Below are positions 21,912-32,039 of a stretch of 32,804 nt of DNA, piece after piece (positions within the stretch are counted from its first letter, which is position 1; every line of letters begins with the position of its first letter). The notes under the pieces are model-generated. The model did no database searches. It saw only the letters and a program-made list of their open reading frames with translations, and was not told the DNA's origin. Source of the stretch: Asterionella formosa. Taxonomy: Eukaryota. The stretch spans positions 1 to 32,804 of the forward strand of contig NKIB01000410.1 in assembly GCA_002256025.1 (NCBI GenBank), read 5' to 3'. A program made the position numbers and the translations under genes.

Positions 21912-23660
21912 TTATCGCTCCCCATCGTACGAGTATTTTGTTGAGTTTGAATTCATTTCAATCTTTCCTCCGTTTCTGGCAAATCCATTGAACGCACGCT
22001 TTCTTTTCGTCTTCTCATGTTGGAAGCGCTTTCCACGAGTTTGGAGGAGTTTCTCGCTCGACTTCGCTCCAAATCCACCGTCGCCAAAGACGTGCCCGTA
22101 GGAATTATCAGCCATTGCTCCTCCATCTTTCATGGCAACCTCCCCCCAAAAGTTATCGTCAACTCGTTGGAAGGGCTTCCCACCGGTCAAAACTTGAGCT
22201 CCGTCACTTCCTGCAATCGTCTTGATTTCTGCGGTATGAGTTGCCGCTTTGGGTGTCCAAGCTGCGGCTGCGGCAGATGCAGCCTTTGCCTTCTTTGCTG
22301 ATGCGTCTTTCTTAGCATTGACTCTAGCCGCAACTTCCTTCTCATCCTCTGAGGATTCATCTGAAGAACTATCGTCATCGCTCGACAATTCATCCCCTTC
22401 CTCGTCCGAGCTGGACACGTCAACAGAGGATACATCCGAGACATCAACGTCACTTACATCACTGTCACTTTCTTCGGGAGTGATAATCTTGGCATCGTCT
22501 GTATCAATCTTAGCCTTCTTTTTTGGTGGTTCGTGAGCATTTATATCATCGTCACTGCTACTTTCGGAGCTATCACTGCTTCTTTCGGAGCTATCACTGC
22601 CACTTGTGTCTTCCTCCTTTGAGGTTCCGATCTCCTTGTTCGGAACCTGTTTAGTCCCTTCATCGTCACTTTCGTCCGATTCACTGGAGCTTGAACTAGC
22701 CTCCTCTTTTCCGCTAGTCCCTTCGCACTCGTCCTCGCTACTGCTGTCACTAGACTTTCCTTTCTTTGACATTTTCTTTGCCGCTTTGGGCACCAACATC
22801 GCTGCTTTCTCATTGTCATCTGAATCACTGCTGCTAGAGCCCCCTTCTACCTCAGCTGTGACCTTCTTAGTCTCGGCCTTTATTTTAGCAACCTGTTTGA
22901 CCTTTGTTTCTTCGTCGTCGTCACTGTCTTCTTCGCTAGAAGATTCCGAATCCGAAGTGTCTTCTTTGGTGTTCTTGGTGTCGCTTTCGCTGCTACTTGA
23001 GCTGCTGGAAGTGGAGCTGTCGGAATCGCTACTATCGTTGTCCTTCTTGTTGTTCTTGGCAACAACTTCAATTTTTTTGGATATTATTACATTCTTCATA
23101 GCAACACTTTCATCTTCACTACTTTCGGAGCTAGATGAGTCGCTCGATTCTTTCTTCGCTGCTTCTCCTTTTCCGGAATCGTCGCTGTCACTATCGTCCT
23201 CACTACTGCTATCTTCAGAGCTAGAATCGCTGGATGACGCCTTTTTGGAAACATTCGCCTCTTTCGTGTTGCCTCGTCCGCCACTGCTGCTATCTTCAGA
23301 TGTTGTGGAATCGCAGCTTTCCGCTTTACTTGGAACTGGCGCCTCCTTCGTGGTTGTGTTATCGTGGCTATTATAGCTCTCCGAGCCATTAGCTACTGTT
23401 GCATCTAGGGACAACGTGAGCTTTCCCATAACGACATGACCATTTGTGTCTCCATAAATCTCCTCCAGCTCTTCGCCGAGGCTCTTGAAGGCCTTGGTGA
23501 AGCCCATTTTGTTCAAATGATGGAAAATGGCAAATGCCAGTTGCTTGTCGACTCCAGGTGTTTCTGTCTTTGCTTGAAGCTTCGTTTTGGGAGCTTTCAT
23601 AATTGGTTTGGCCTTGTGGGTGACCTTTCTGGGATTGGTGGAAATGCTGTGTTTGCCCAT
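21912..23660 (-). CDS. SRP40: SRP40/Nopp140-like nucleolar phosphoprotein, 582 aa
   Basis: LisH-like LAFAIFHHLNKMGFTKA and alternating Ser/acidic and Lys tracts. The SRP40 C-terminal domain reads PFQRVD...DNSY...RGKRFQHEKTKRKR...GGKI. Start is taken at MGKHSI (23660). Confidence 0.9.
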   Translation of the reverse strand: MGKHSISTNPRKVTHKAKPIMKAPKTKLQAKTETPGVDKQLAFAIFHHLNKMGFTKAFKSLGEELEEIYGDTNGHVVMGKLTLSLDATVANGSESYNSHDNTTTKEAPVPSKAESCDSTTSEDSSSGGRGNTKEANVSKKASSSDSSSEDSSSEDDSDSDDSGKGEAAKKESSDSSSSESSEDESVAMKNVIISKKIEVVAKNNKKDNDSSDSDSSTSSSSSSSESDTKNTKEDTSDSESSSEEDSDDDEETKVKQVAKIKAETKKVTAEVEGGSSSSDSDDNEKAAMLVPKAAKKMSKKGKSSDSSSEDECEGTSGKEEASSSSSESDESDDEGTKQVPNKEIGTSKEEDTSGSDSSERSSDSSESSSDDDINAHEPPKKKAKIDTDDAKIITPEESDSDVSDVDVSDVSSVDVSSSDEEGDELSSDDDSSSDESSEDEKEVAARVNAKKDASAKKAKAASAAAAAWTPKAATHTAEIKTIAGSDGAQVLTGGKPFQRVDDNFWGEVAMKDGGAMADNSYGHVFGDGGFGAKSSEKLLQTRGKRFQHEKTKRKRAFNGFARNGGKIEMNSNSTKYSYDGER

Positions 23661-24140
23661 TGTCGGATTTCTTGCTGAATTTCGAGGAAGGGTTGTAGGG
23701 TTGCGTGATGAAGCGACGAGAATGAAAAGGCCGAACGAAGAATTGCACCAGTGCAAAAATGGGCTGTGGTGTGGAGTACCTGGTACTATCCAATAGCGTC
23801 CACCATCATACACTTACTGTCTCTCACACACACGCCCTCCAAAAAGTTGGTAAATGATGGCTGGCGCCAGGTCAAAAGTGTCAGTACATCGACCGTTTCG
23901 ATCGACGCCACCATTGTCTCAGACTCTTATTTTAGTATAGAACACACAAATGTCACGAAATCAGGTATTTTTTGGTTGACCGAAAACCCGGAAACTATTT
24001 GAATTTCATTTTTTGCGATAAATCTCGTGCTATCAAAATGAGGATGGCGATCGCCGTTTTCTTCCTAGTTAATAGTAATTCATTCTCCCCTTTTTCGGAT
24101 ATGATCAAACAAACCATTGCTTAGAGTGAGTGTGAGACGA

Positions 24141-24293
24141 GGTGGTCTCTTGCCTACGAGTATACATGTGTTCGAGGCTGGGTGGCGCAAGTAGGTTGAC
24201 TGTACAAGTGGCACCCCCAGTTTTGCAAGAAGGTCACCCTACAAGTGCCATCCCAGCCGAGTACACATGTATACGAGAAGGCAAGTAACCGCC
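24141..24293 (+). other. 153-nt imperfect fold-back hairpin (structured RNA or MITE-like)
   Basis: Arms 24141-24200 and 24233-24293 pair over about 60 nt with small, mostly symmetric internal loops. Confidence 0.75.
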
Positions 24294-24317
24294 AAGAAGG
24301 GTATTGTTGAGGCAAGT

Positions 24318-26241
24318 TCCGCTCTAGCTATCGTCACATCATTCGCTTACCTACTGCCCACTCATCGAGTGTAAATGCCAATTTTAGCCTACTATCGCCC
24401 ATCATATAAAATATATTTCGTATATTTCCTATCTTCACCTCGAAAATTGCCAAAGGTCCGATATTGCCCATCATTAAAATATATTTTGTTTATTTCATAT
24501 GTTCGCATTTTGGCAAGACAACAGATGCCAATTGCCCCTCGGTTTTCCAGCCCTGGGATTGCCGAAATTGGCAAGGGGCCTACTTAAGGAAACCATTTAT
24601 ATACTATACAGATTTTAATAATTAATCTCTAGAATTCACCTCGTTTTTGTTCGTCTCCTGAAAAGTTGACTCTGGCAATTCAGCTTTCACCATGCCAATC
24701 GTCGTCTATCATGACCGGTTTGAAGCAAAATCAGTTAGCAATGACACTAGTAGCGATTCGTTGTCTAACGGATGTGGTTGGCTGTTGGATTGCTTGCCTT
24801 CTCGAGGGATTCATGTAGTCGCATCGTCCATATTTCGTCGGACAAACAATGATATCAATACATCTGATGTTGGTGGCAAGTTTTTGCTCCGGTCATGCAT
24901 GTGATGATGCTTAACGGATATTCTACCAGGACCGGCACCAGTCATCTGGTCTACATACGTATGTGGTACTAAAAAGACCATGCATGGTTTAAGCTATACT
25001 TTAACGCTTACTTTGAACACGTTATGCTAATATCTCTGTAGATTCGGTATTATTTTTACAAGACCTGAATGCTAAATTATATTGTTCACATATTCATTGA
25101 TTTTATGTACCGTAGTAGTATGCCCAATTTCGTCCTCACAATTATAGTTCTCACTCTATCTTACCTGCCTTTGCTCTATTCGGGCTTGCAATAGGCAATT
25201 TTCGTCTCTCTTTGATCCCATCTTCTGCTGCTTGTTATGATAGTTGAAGCGGATTGGTGAGTATAACAGTGAAACACTGAATGTGGATTGTAGATTGTAT
25301 TTATCGATCTTCCGATTTGATTGCTTCCGTGGTTTGTTTTGATTGCTTCCATCGTTGTTTGTCATTCCGTACTGTCGTTTTGTTTCGACTGTATATATCT
25401 ACATAAGAACCAATGCATTTATCAATGACTACTCATTGAAGATGTGGTATTGTGCCGTTGTTGATTGTATTTGTTGATTTGTATAGTTGTTGACAATGAT
25501 GTCAATATTGCTGCCAAGCAATGCTTTTCTTGTACTAACGCGTTTTGCTACATTTCTACTACGAGTTCGTATCAGAAGCTACATGAATACTCAGCTAGAG
25601 AGAGTCAATAGTGCTGGAGCAGCGTGGTGATCACGCTTGCTCAGAATGGAATGATCAGGGTTGCTTGTTTGGTGGGCAGCGGAGAGGAATGACTGTGGCG
25701 GAAATACTGCTACTGGTGTCAGGCTACTACAGCGATGCGCATGGTTGCAGCAACCAGACCATTTACGCTACATAACGATGCAGGTCTACGTTGGGTTCAG
25801 CTTTTTTCTTCTTCTTTCGGTCTTCGATTGTGTGGTGATGGAAAGTCAATGTTGCCTGTGTAAGTACCACTACAATGATTCACAATGCATACGTCTCCAT
25901 TGGAACTCTTATTTTTATTTCATTTCTAACTTAAAACAATTTTTTCTATTTCTCATTTGATGCTACTTATTACATCGCATTTCATACTTTGGTTGCTCCA
26001 AACATCTTGCTCAATTTTCATTGATGTTGCATGTTACAATCATACTCATGTGTTTTAATGCTTGTTGTACCATCTCTATGCAAATTACCATGATTGTGGT
26101 TGTCATGCGAAAATCGGCAATTTTAATTCCGAAAAATCGATGTGTCCCATATTGCCCCTAAATAAAAATTACTTAACAAATTACTTAGAGCCTAAAAATT
26201 ACTTAGAAGTACCCGAATGGCAAGATGATAGCTAGAGCGGG
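24318..26241. mobile_element. Non-autonomous TIR DNA transposon (copy B), inverted relative to copy A
   Basis: Imperfect TIRs CCGCTCTAGCTATCgTC...CATTCG match at 22/27. Flanks are AGT/AAT. AATTACTTA occurs three times subterminally. It shares the GGATGTGG(C/T)TGG(C/T)TGTTGGAT and ATTGCCC..CAT.AAA blocks with copy A. Confidence 0.65.
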
Positions 26242-26671
26242 AATTGCTGAATGACACAAAGAGAAAGTGAAGAACTGAGAACGTGATGTACAGTGCTGAG
26301 AAATCCTGTCCATCAGGTTAAATCAATTTATTAGTGACGTACTGAGAGAGTGACATACTGAAAAGGTGATGAGTTGCATTTCAGTTTTACCGGACACTTC
26401 GACATTTACGTAGGTCAGATATGAACAGGCTACATACAATATATTCCACACACGAGTGTACCACAGGACGGAATCCAGAATCCGTTTGTATGCCATACTT
26501 GATGTCGAAATCAACAGAACGACATCATAAATAATATGTATTATTTTTATTTCTATCATATACATGTCTATATTATGTTCAAGGAGCATGGTGATATGGT
26601 ACATTACCTGGAACCTGGTGGTACCAGCACCAGTAACAGGTGTATGCCAGGGGCAACTCACCACAAAGTAC

Positions 26672-26805
26672 TAGGCGATAGAATACGAAAATGATCACGT
26701 GACTACGACATATAGCTGTGCAAATGATGCTTTTGCTTTGGCTTTTGCTATCACTCCAGCATGTAATAGGCGATAGAATACGAAAATGATCACGTGACTA
26801 CGACA
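26672..26805. repeat. Perfect 39-bp direct repeat (26672-26710, 26767-26805)
   Basis: TAGGCGATAGAATACGAAAATGATCACGTGACTACGACA occurs twice, 56 bp apart. Confidence 0.9.
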
Positions 26806-26959
26806 AAAACCGCCCTGTGCAAATACTTTACCAGGAGGTACCAAGTACCTCCTGCATCCACACACTAATATACTGGGTAGTACATCAACTGGTACATACA
26901 TAGGAGCATCATTGGAAACACTGCAGCCTTGGTTTCATTACCATAAGTTTCAGATTTTA

Positions 26960-28400
26960 AAAACATAGGGGGAGAGGAAAAGAATCATGCAGGTAACATG
27001 CTGGGTAGACCACATAAGGACCTTCCCACAAATGCTCATACCACTGGAAATCAATGTCCTTGACTCTGCCCATTGATCACCCACCATTTACACTGATAGC
27101 TAGAACCTAATGAAGTTCCTTATACTGTGCATACTGATGTTGTTTGATTCAAAACCTTATTCAAACAGCTGTCTTTTCTAGGCTTCTGCTTTAAAATTGA
27201 TGGAAATCTCTTAAATTAATTGGGACCAGGTAATAAGCAACTATTTAATTTAGCAACATTACTAAATCTTCCCAAGTATACACCAAGATAAAATAAAGGA
27301 TACACTAGTACCCACTCAATGGGATTTGCATAAATATGTCTGGGATATTTTGATTGAGTCCCTTTCTGATCTGTCTTGGTGTTTGCAAAGTACTTATGCA
27401 AAGCATGGTCAGTCCACTCCATATGTGACAAGCAGATTTGGCTTGTATTATTGACCCTGCAAATCAATTCCAAGTAAAGGCCAGGAATAGGTGACCCCAA
27501 ATGCAATCACCAGTTCCTAACTCAATGAACCAAGTAGGGGAATGGCTTAATTGGCTAGCACATCTCATGAGGTAGCAGGTTCGATTCCTGCATTCTCCAG
27601 TTGTATTTCTTTTATGTAGCTAGTAGTCCCTAGGGATCTGGGGTTGAGGCTGATAAAGAGACAGGCACTGTTGTACCATAGGGATGAATAAACCTGGTAC
27701 TAATTGTTTCCATTTAAGTAGGCACGAATGCGACTATTGGATAGTTTTAACATACTATAAAAATCACTAAGTTTTAACTCAATGAACCAAGTACAAAGGA
27801 GGTGATATATTTGATTGTTCATGGTTTCCTTACCCTCATAAATCTCTCCTAACCCATAGTGATTCTCTACTGCAATAATCCGATAAAAACCATGCAAAAG
27901 GTTGCTAAGTTCCCGCTCAAAATCAACTGTGAAGCCTGTGCCATTATGTAGCACGAATAAGTTGAATAGATCTGATCGCTTATTCCCATAGCAGCTCTTG
28001 GACAGCCAATCTTGTGTCCAAGAATAGCAAAGGCTCTGGAGATATACCATATACCCTGCTGGAGTGATTGCAGAGAGCATCATGATGGCTTCCTCTGCAG
28101 CATGCTGAATCAATTCAACAAATCCGTTTCTAACACGATTTTTTCTTCCCTTGTACTACCTACGTCTGCTGCCTCCATCTCGGGAAGAATCACCTTGTTC
28201 TGGGCATATGCTGTAAGCCATCCTGGTTTGTGTTCAACACACCAGCAGCAAAAAGAGACCAAACTGTCAGAAATGTATTCCCAGCATGTACCCTTGTCCA
28301 TCATCATCTGCTCATTGAATTCCTGTAAAGGAATGCCATGAGAATGAAGAGGGACATGTGGCATCCTCATGATGGTGAGCACAAAGGGAAGAGGATGCAA
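26960..28400 (-). pseudogene. Crypton-like tyrosine recombinase, decayed and interrupted by a SINE
   Basis: Across stops and frameshifts it reads GKETM...LCTWFIEL|GTGDCIWGHLFLAFTWN/LICRVNNT...HMEW...AL...FANTKTDQKG...PRHIYANP. It continues ISMHSIRN (HxxR), GG*SMGRVKD and FVGRSLCGLP. This is the motif order of stramenopile Crypton recombinases. Ends are approximate. Confidence 0.75.
27537..27774 (+). mobile_element. tRNA(Ala)-derived SINE, 238 bp, 19-bp TSD
   Basis: TSD TAACTCAATGAACCAAGTA at 27518-27536 and 27775-27793. The head (27537-27599) has A box TGGCTTAATTGG and B box GGTTCGATTCC. It also has a T stem GCAGG/CCTGC and an acceptor stem GGGGAAT/ATTCTCC-A. Confidence 0.85.
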
Positions 28401-28816
28401 CCAAGAATGTGCAAATGAGCAATAAAAATGTGATAATGAATGTGCACGCAAAAATTGTAGTAGTTAATACAATGTTTATCATGTACTATACTTGTACTCA
28501 TAGAAATGGTATATGTCATACGTTAGAGTGATGTTGATTGATGCAATTCAAATTAATAGTTGAAGCAACGTATGTATCGCACTTGTTCCTGGGCGCGCTC
28601 TGATAATAAAAAATAATTATATATCATGTGTATAACACAAATCGTTGTACCCATAACCCCAAAATTTGGTCAACACAAACACAAATTTTTACAGTTATAA
28701 ATAACAGTGCATTATATAAAAAGATGTTTAGGCATGAATGACTATATAGAATTTCCCGGAATATTTCAAGACTTGCTTGCTCATACTCAAAATGGCTTGC
28801 TCTTGCCAAAATAGGT

Positions 28817-29878
28817 ATGCATATTGCATATCATTACACATCAATCAACTTCCTCAATACATCGATCGTCATCGCTTTTAGATTTCGAACATGTCTTCAT
28901 CTTCTTCTGGTCAAAGGAGAGCAGCCAGGGAGGGAGGGCTTCCCTTCCTCTCCAAGGCTGCTTGAATGTCGTCATCACCAACAAGAGCAACAACAGACTC
29001 AACCAGAAGAAGAGGATGACGACGACGACGACGACGACGACCACGAGGACGACGACGAGAATGAAGATGACACTGGTGCTGATGAGTTTGCCAGCAATGA
29101 TGAGGACAGTAGGATGGGTGTCCCACCAGGTGTTTCTCAGATTGGTGTTTCTGGGGTTACTCAGTCCCCATCAAGTAACAACAACTATATTTCACGTGCT
29201 CCTACTAGTTCAGTTGCAAGAACGGCAACTGCCAGGCGACCACCAATGTTTCCAAGGGCTTGCTGAAGCATGCAGAGTCGGGGTCAACAGTTAAGGATCA
29301 ATGAGATTCTTTCATTGCTTGACACCATTTCTACTCACCTGCCAATTGGGTCCCATAAATGGGAAATTGTTGCTTCACAGCACAACGAGATTTTCCCAGA
29401 CAAAGAACGGACAGGACCATTACTTCGCCGAAAGTTTACACAGCTGCACAAAGTTAAGAAAGCAAGAACTGGGGACCCGCCAGCATGCCCTGCTGAGGTG
29501 AGATATGCCAAACAAATTCTTCGAAGAATCGAGCAACGAGCAGATGCAAGTGCTGAGATTGAATCCACTGATCTTGGAATAGAGAGTAAGCACAATGAGC
29601 CCAATATTGATGAGCCAAATGTTGATGATGCTTTTATAGCATTTTCTGGGGAGAGTGAAGACAATGGAGGAGCAACATCTGCCGCTTATGCTAATTTCTC
29701 TGGTTCAAGATTTCCTCTACCTATGGTGTCCCCTCGATTTAGAGATAAGGCAGTGTCGAGCAATACTGGGTCAGTTGAGAAGTGCTTTCTCTTCTTTCGA
29801 TGCAGTTGCTTCACATGGCTACTCGAAATGATTCTAATAACCTGCAGCAGCAGCAACAACAACAGCAACAGAACATGA
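28817..29878 (+). pseudogene. Harbinger accessory Myb/SANT-like DNA-binding protein with an in-frame stop at 29264
   Basis: LLDTISTHLPIGSHKWEIVASQH...RTGPLLRRKFTQLH...TGDP. The two track ORFs share a frame separated by one TGA. The true start is uncertain. Confidence 0.7.
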
Positions 29879-30500
29879 TGAACATGATGATGGTGTCAAT
29901 CATGGCATCATTGTTGAATTGTGGGGTAGTACTATTTGACAAAGGAAGATGCATGTCGTAAATGAATTAGCCACAAGAGCAGGGTCTTAGTTGAACTTTG
30001 AAATGAATTATTTGAATCATCAACTAATTCAGTCTCGAGTTCAAAGTTTATTGTGAAATCTTCACATGAAACCGTTAAAACTTCACATGAAACCGTTAAA
30101 AGTAACCTTTTCTCCGGGAAGAGTGGCATTAATTCATGTGAAGTACCACATAATTAACACCCCTACGTAGAACAAATTTCGAAAAGTGGCGTATTTCGCG
30201 GCTTAGATGTATCTCAAACAACCACCTCCACTGACAGTGCTGATCCCATTCAGGCAACGAATAATTCAATTATTGCTTCGAACATGATTTCAATGCAGCA
30301 AACAATGCAAAGCCAAAATCCAACCTCAACAGCAGGTGCCTATACACAACAAACGTCGTCTGCCTCAACTCAATGTCAAACACCAAAAAACAACAGTGGT
30401 AGTAGTAGTGATAATGAATAACCTTAATTAATTCATTCTAATATAATATGAAAGAAGTGGTGGTAGATACTAATCATGAATGAATAGTAATTTCTTTGAA

Positions 30501-31656
30501 TTACATGGCATATCTATTAGCATTCCTATGCAAATAGGGCATATACACTAAAGCAATTTGGTTCTGACCAACTTTGCTAGCACGAAAGTTGTAGAGCAAT
30601 ACAATCATTTGGAGAATTAATTTTCTCTCTCTCTTTTTTCTTCATAACGAAATTTGTCTTTGATTCTTGGAAATGATCCCTGAAGGCATCGCATTCCCCA
30701 TTGCGACAGCTGTCAGATTGAGGTGGCTTGGCGATTCATACCAAATCTTTGTCGAGGATTACCATTTGCATCAACATTATTTTGATGCGATTTCAACATT
30801 GCATTTGATTTCTTAGATGCAAATGCTGAATCCACAGCTACTTTTTTACCTGTATCGCTGTAAACTGTTTCAATCTGATCATACATCGATGACCAAATTG
30901 CCATGGTAGAGTCATGTCGAACACCAGGTGCATTGAAATATGAGAAGCGAATTTTTCCATTAGGCAAAAAAGAAACAAGTTTGGCACATAGTGTTCATGA
31001 GTCCATCCATTGTAGAAGTTGTTCTGCTGTGTTTCATTTCCAGCCTGTTGCAGGGGGGTCAGTTTCAGACCATCCATTGCTCCCCAACAATTTGTTATAA
31101 GTGGGTATTTCTGATTGATCATGGTTGCAAACAAAGTGGCTTCGTCTGCAATAGGCAGTCTCACAACAGCATCTTCATGTGTCAGCAGTACTTTTACAAA
31201 CATTTGCCTTGAAAACCTCAACCAAACACTCAATGAACCATGAGTTAATCCGAAAATAATCTGAAGAATCATATAGGAACCACGAGTCCTGGTCCATCCT
31301 AACCCAAGCGCTGGACATCTGATGGAACAGAAGTATCTTTGCCGACCTTTCTTTGTTGTTGAATTTCTAACAATGAAATCCGTTTTTTTTCGACAGGGAG
31401 TAAAGGAATCATAAAAACAAGGTTTGAACAGCTGGTGTAGGAGCTCGAAAGAAGCATGGTCAAACCCACACAAGGTAATCAGAGCATCATCATGCTTGCT
31501 GTTGAACAAAGTCCAGAATGGACTTGATAATGGATGCTGTAGTGCATGGCGACGGATTTTGCCACTTCTTCTTCTGACCTCAAAAACAGTCAAACTTTCC
31601 CTGAACAATGGCGTTACTGGTGGATAGCACATTGCTAACAGTAGCAATGTGATCAT
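30501..31656 (-). pseudogene. Harbinger DDE (DDE_Tnp_4-type) transposase, frameshifted
   Basis: CWGAMDGLKL, FYNGWTHEH, NAPGVRHDS, VDSAF, and ATSI*QLSQWGMRCLQGSFPR, where the expected catalytic E reads Q. C-terminal LLYNFR...GQNQI. Confidence 0.85.
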
Positions 31657-32039
31657 AATGTCATCATCAGGAGATGAGATGAAAGTCTACATGGTCAGTG
31701 ACCAACGATGATGAATATATAGAACTTCTGCATATAATGAACAAGAGGCGGCGTAGCATACAAGAGGATGCATTGCTCGATATGAAAATTTAAGTTAAAT
31801 ATATATCTAATGTCAGAAAAGTAATCTAAAATATCTCTATTATCAGAGCGTATCAGAGCGCAAGGACAATATTATGTAGCAGATCACCAGAATAATTTGT
31901 GTTATAATACACACATGATATAATAATTTTTTATTATCAGAGCGCGCCCACAACTGACAGAAAAGGAACATTTTCGCTCAATCAGGATTCCATTTAAAAA
32001 TCACAGAATCCTGGTACTTTGTCCGGTAGAACTGAACTG

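Larger units (their letters stand above)
28591..31949. mobile_element. PIF/Harbinger-superfamily DNA transposon, full length but inactive
   Basis: Imperfect TIRs of about 50 bp, starting GGGCGCGCTCTGATAATAAAAAAT (24 bp identical), enclose convergent Myb/SANT-like and DDE ORFs. Confidence 0.88.

Noticed and set aside
22017..23376. Long plus-strand ORFs antisense to SRP40 (and similar ones opposite malate synthase)
   Set aside because: These are shadow ORFs caused by the codon bias and low complexity of the real genes.
23661..23813. N-terminal extension of SRP40 in the ORF track
   Set aside because: It runs through a GGTACC-type motif region and looks like 5' UTR or promoter. MGK at 23660 is the more plausible start, although upstream starts are not formally excluded.
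24141..24293. SRP RNA or SECIS element
   Set aside because: It lacks SRP helices 6/8 and an Alu domain. It also has no AUGA quartet with apical AA and is not in a selenoprotein 3' UTR.
26672..26805. CRISPR-like repeat-spacer-repeat
   Set aside because: Only two repeats, a eukaryotic context, and no cas genes.
27537..27599. Functional tRNA-Ala gene
   Set aside because: It is only 63 nt, with no proper anticodon arm, and sits inside a TSD-bounded insertion. It is better explained as a SINE head.
27630..27730. Hammerhead ribozyme or known SINE core domain in the SINE body (CTGATAA, GGGATGAATAAACC)
   Set aside because: There is no complete CUGAUGA...GAAA core with supporting stems, and the resemblance to animal SINE cores is too weak to claim by eye.
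30060..30101. 21-bp tandem duplication CTTCACATGAAACCGTTAAAA
   Set aside because: A simple local duplication inside the Harbinger with no further structure.
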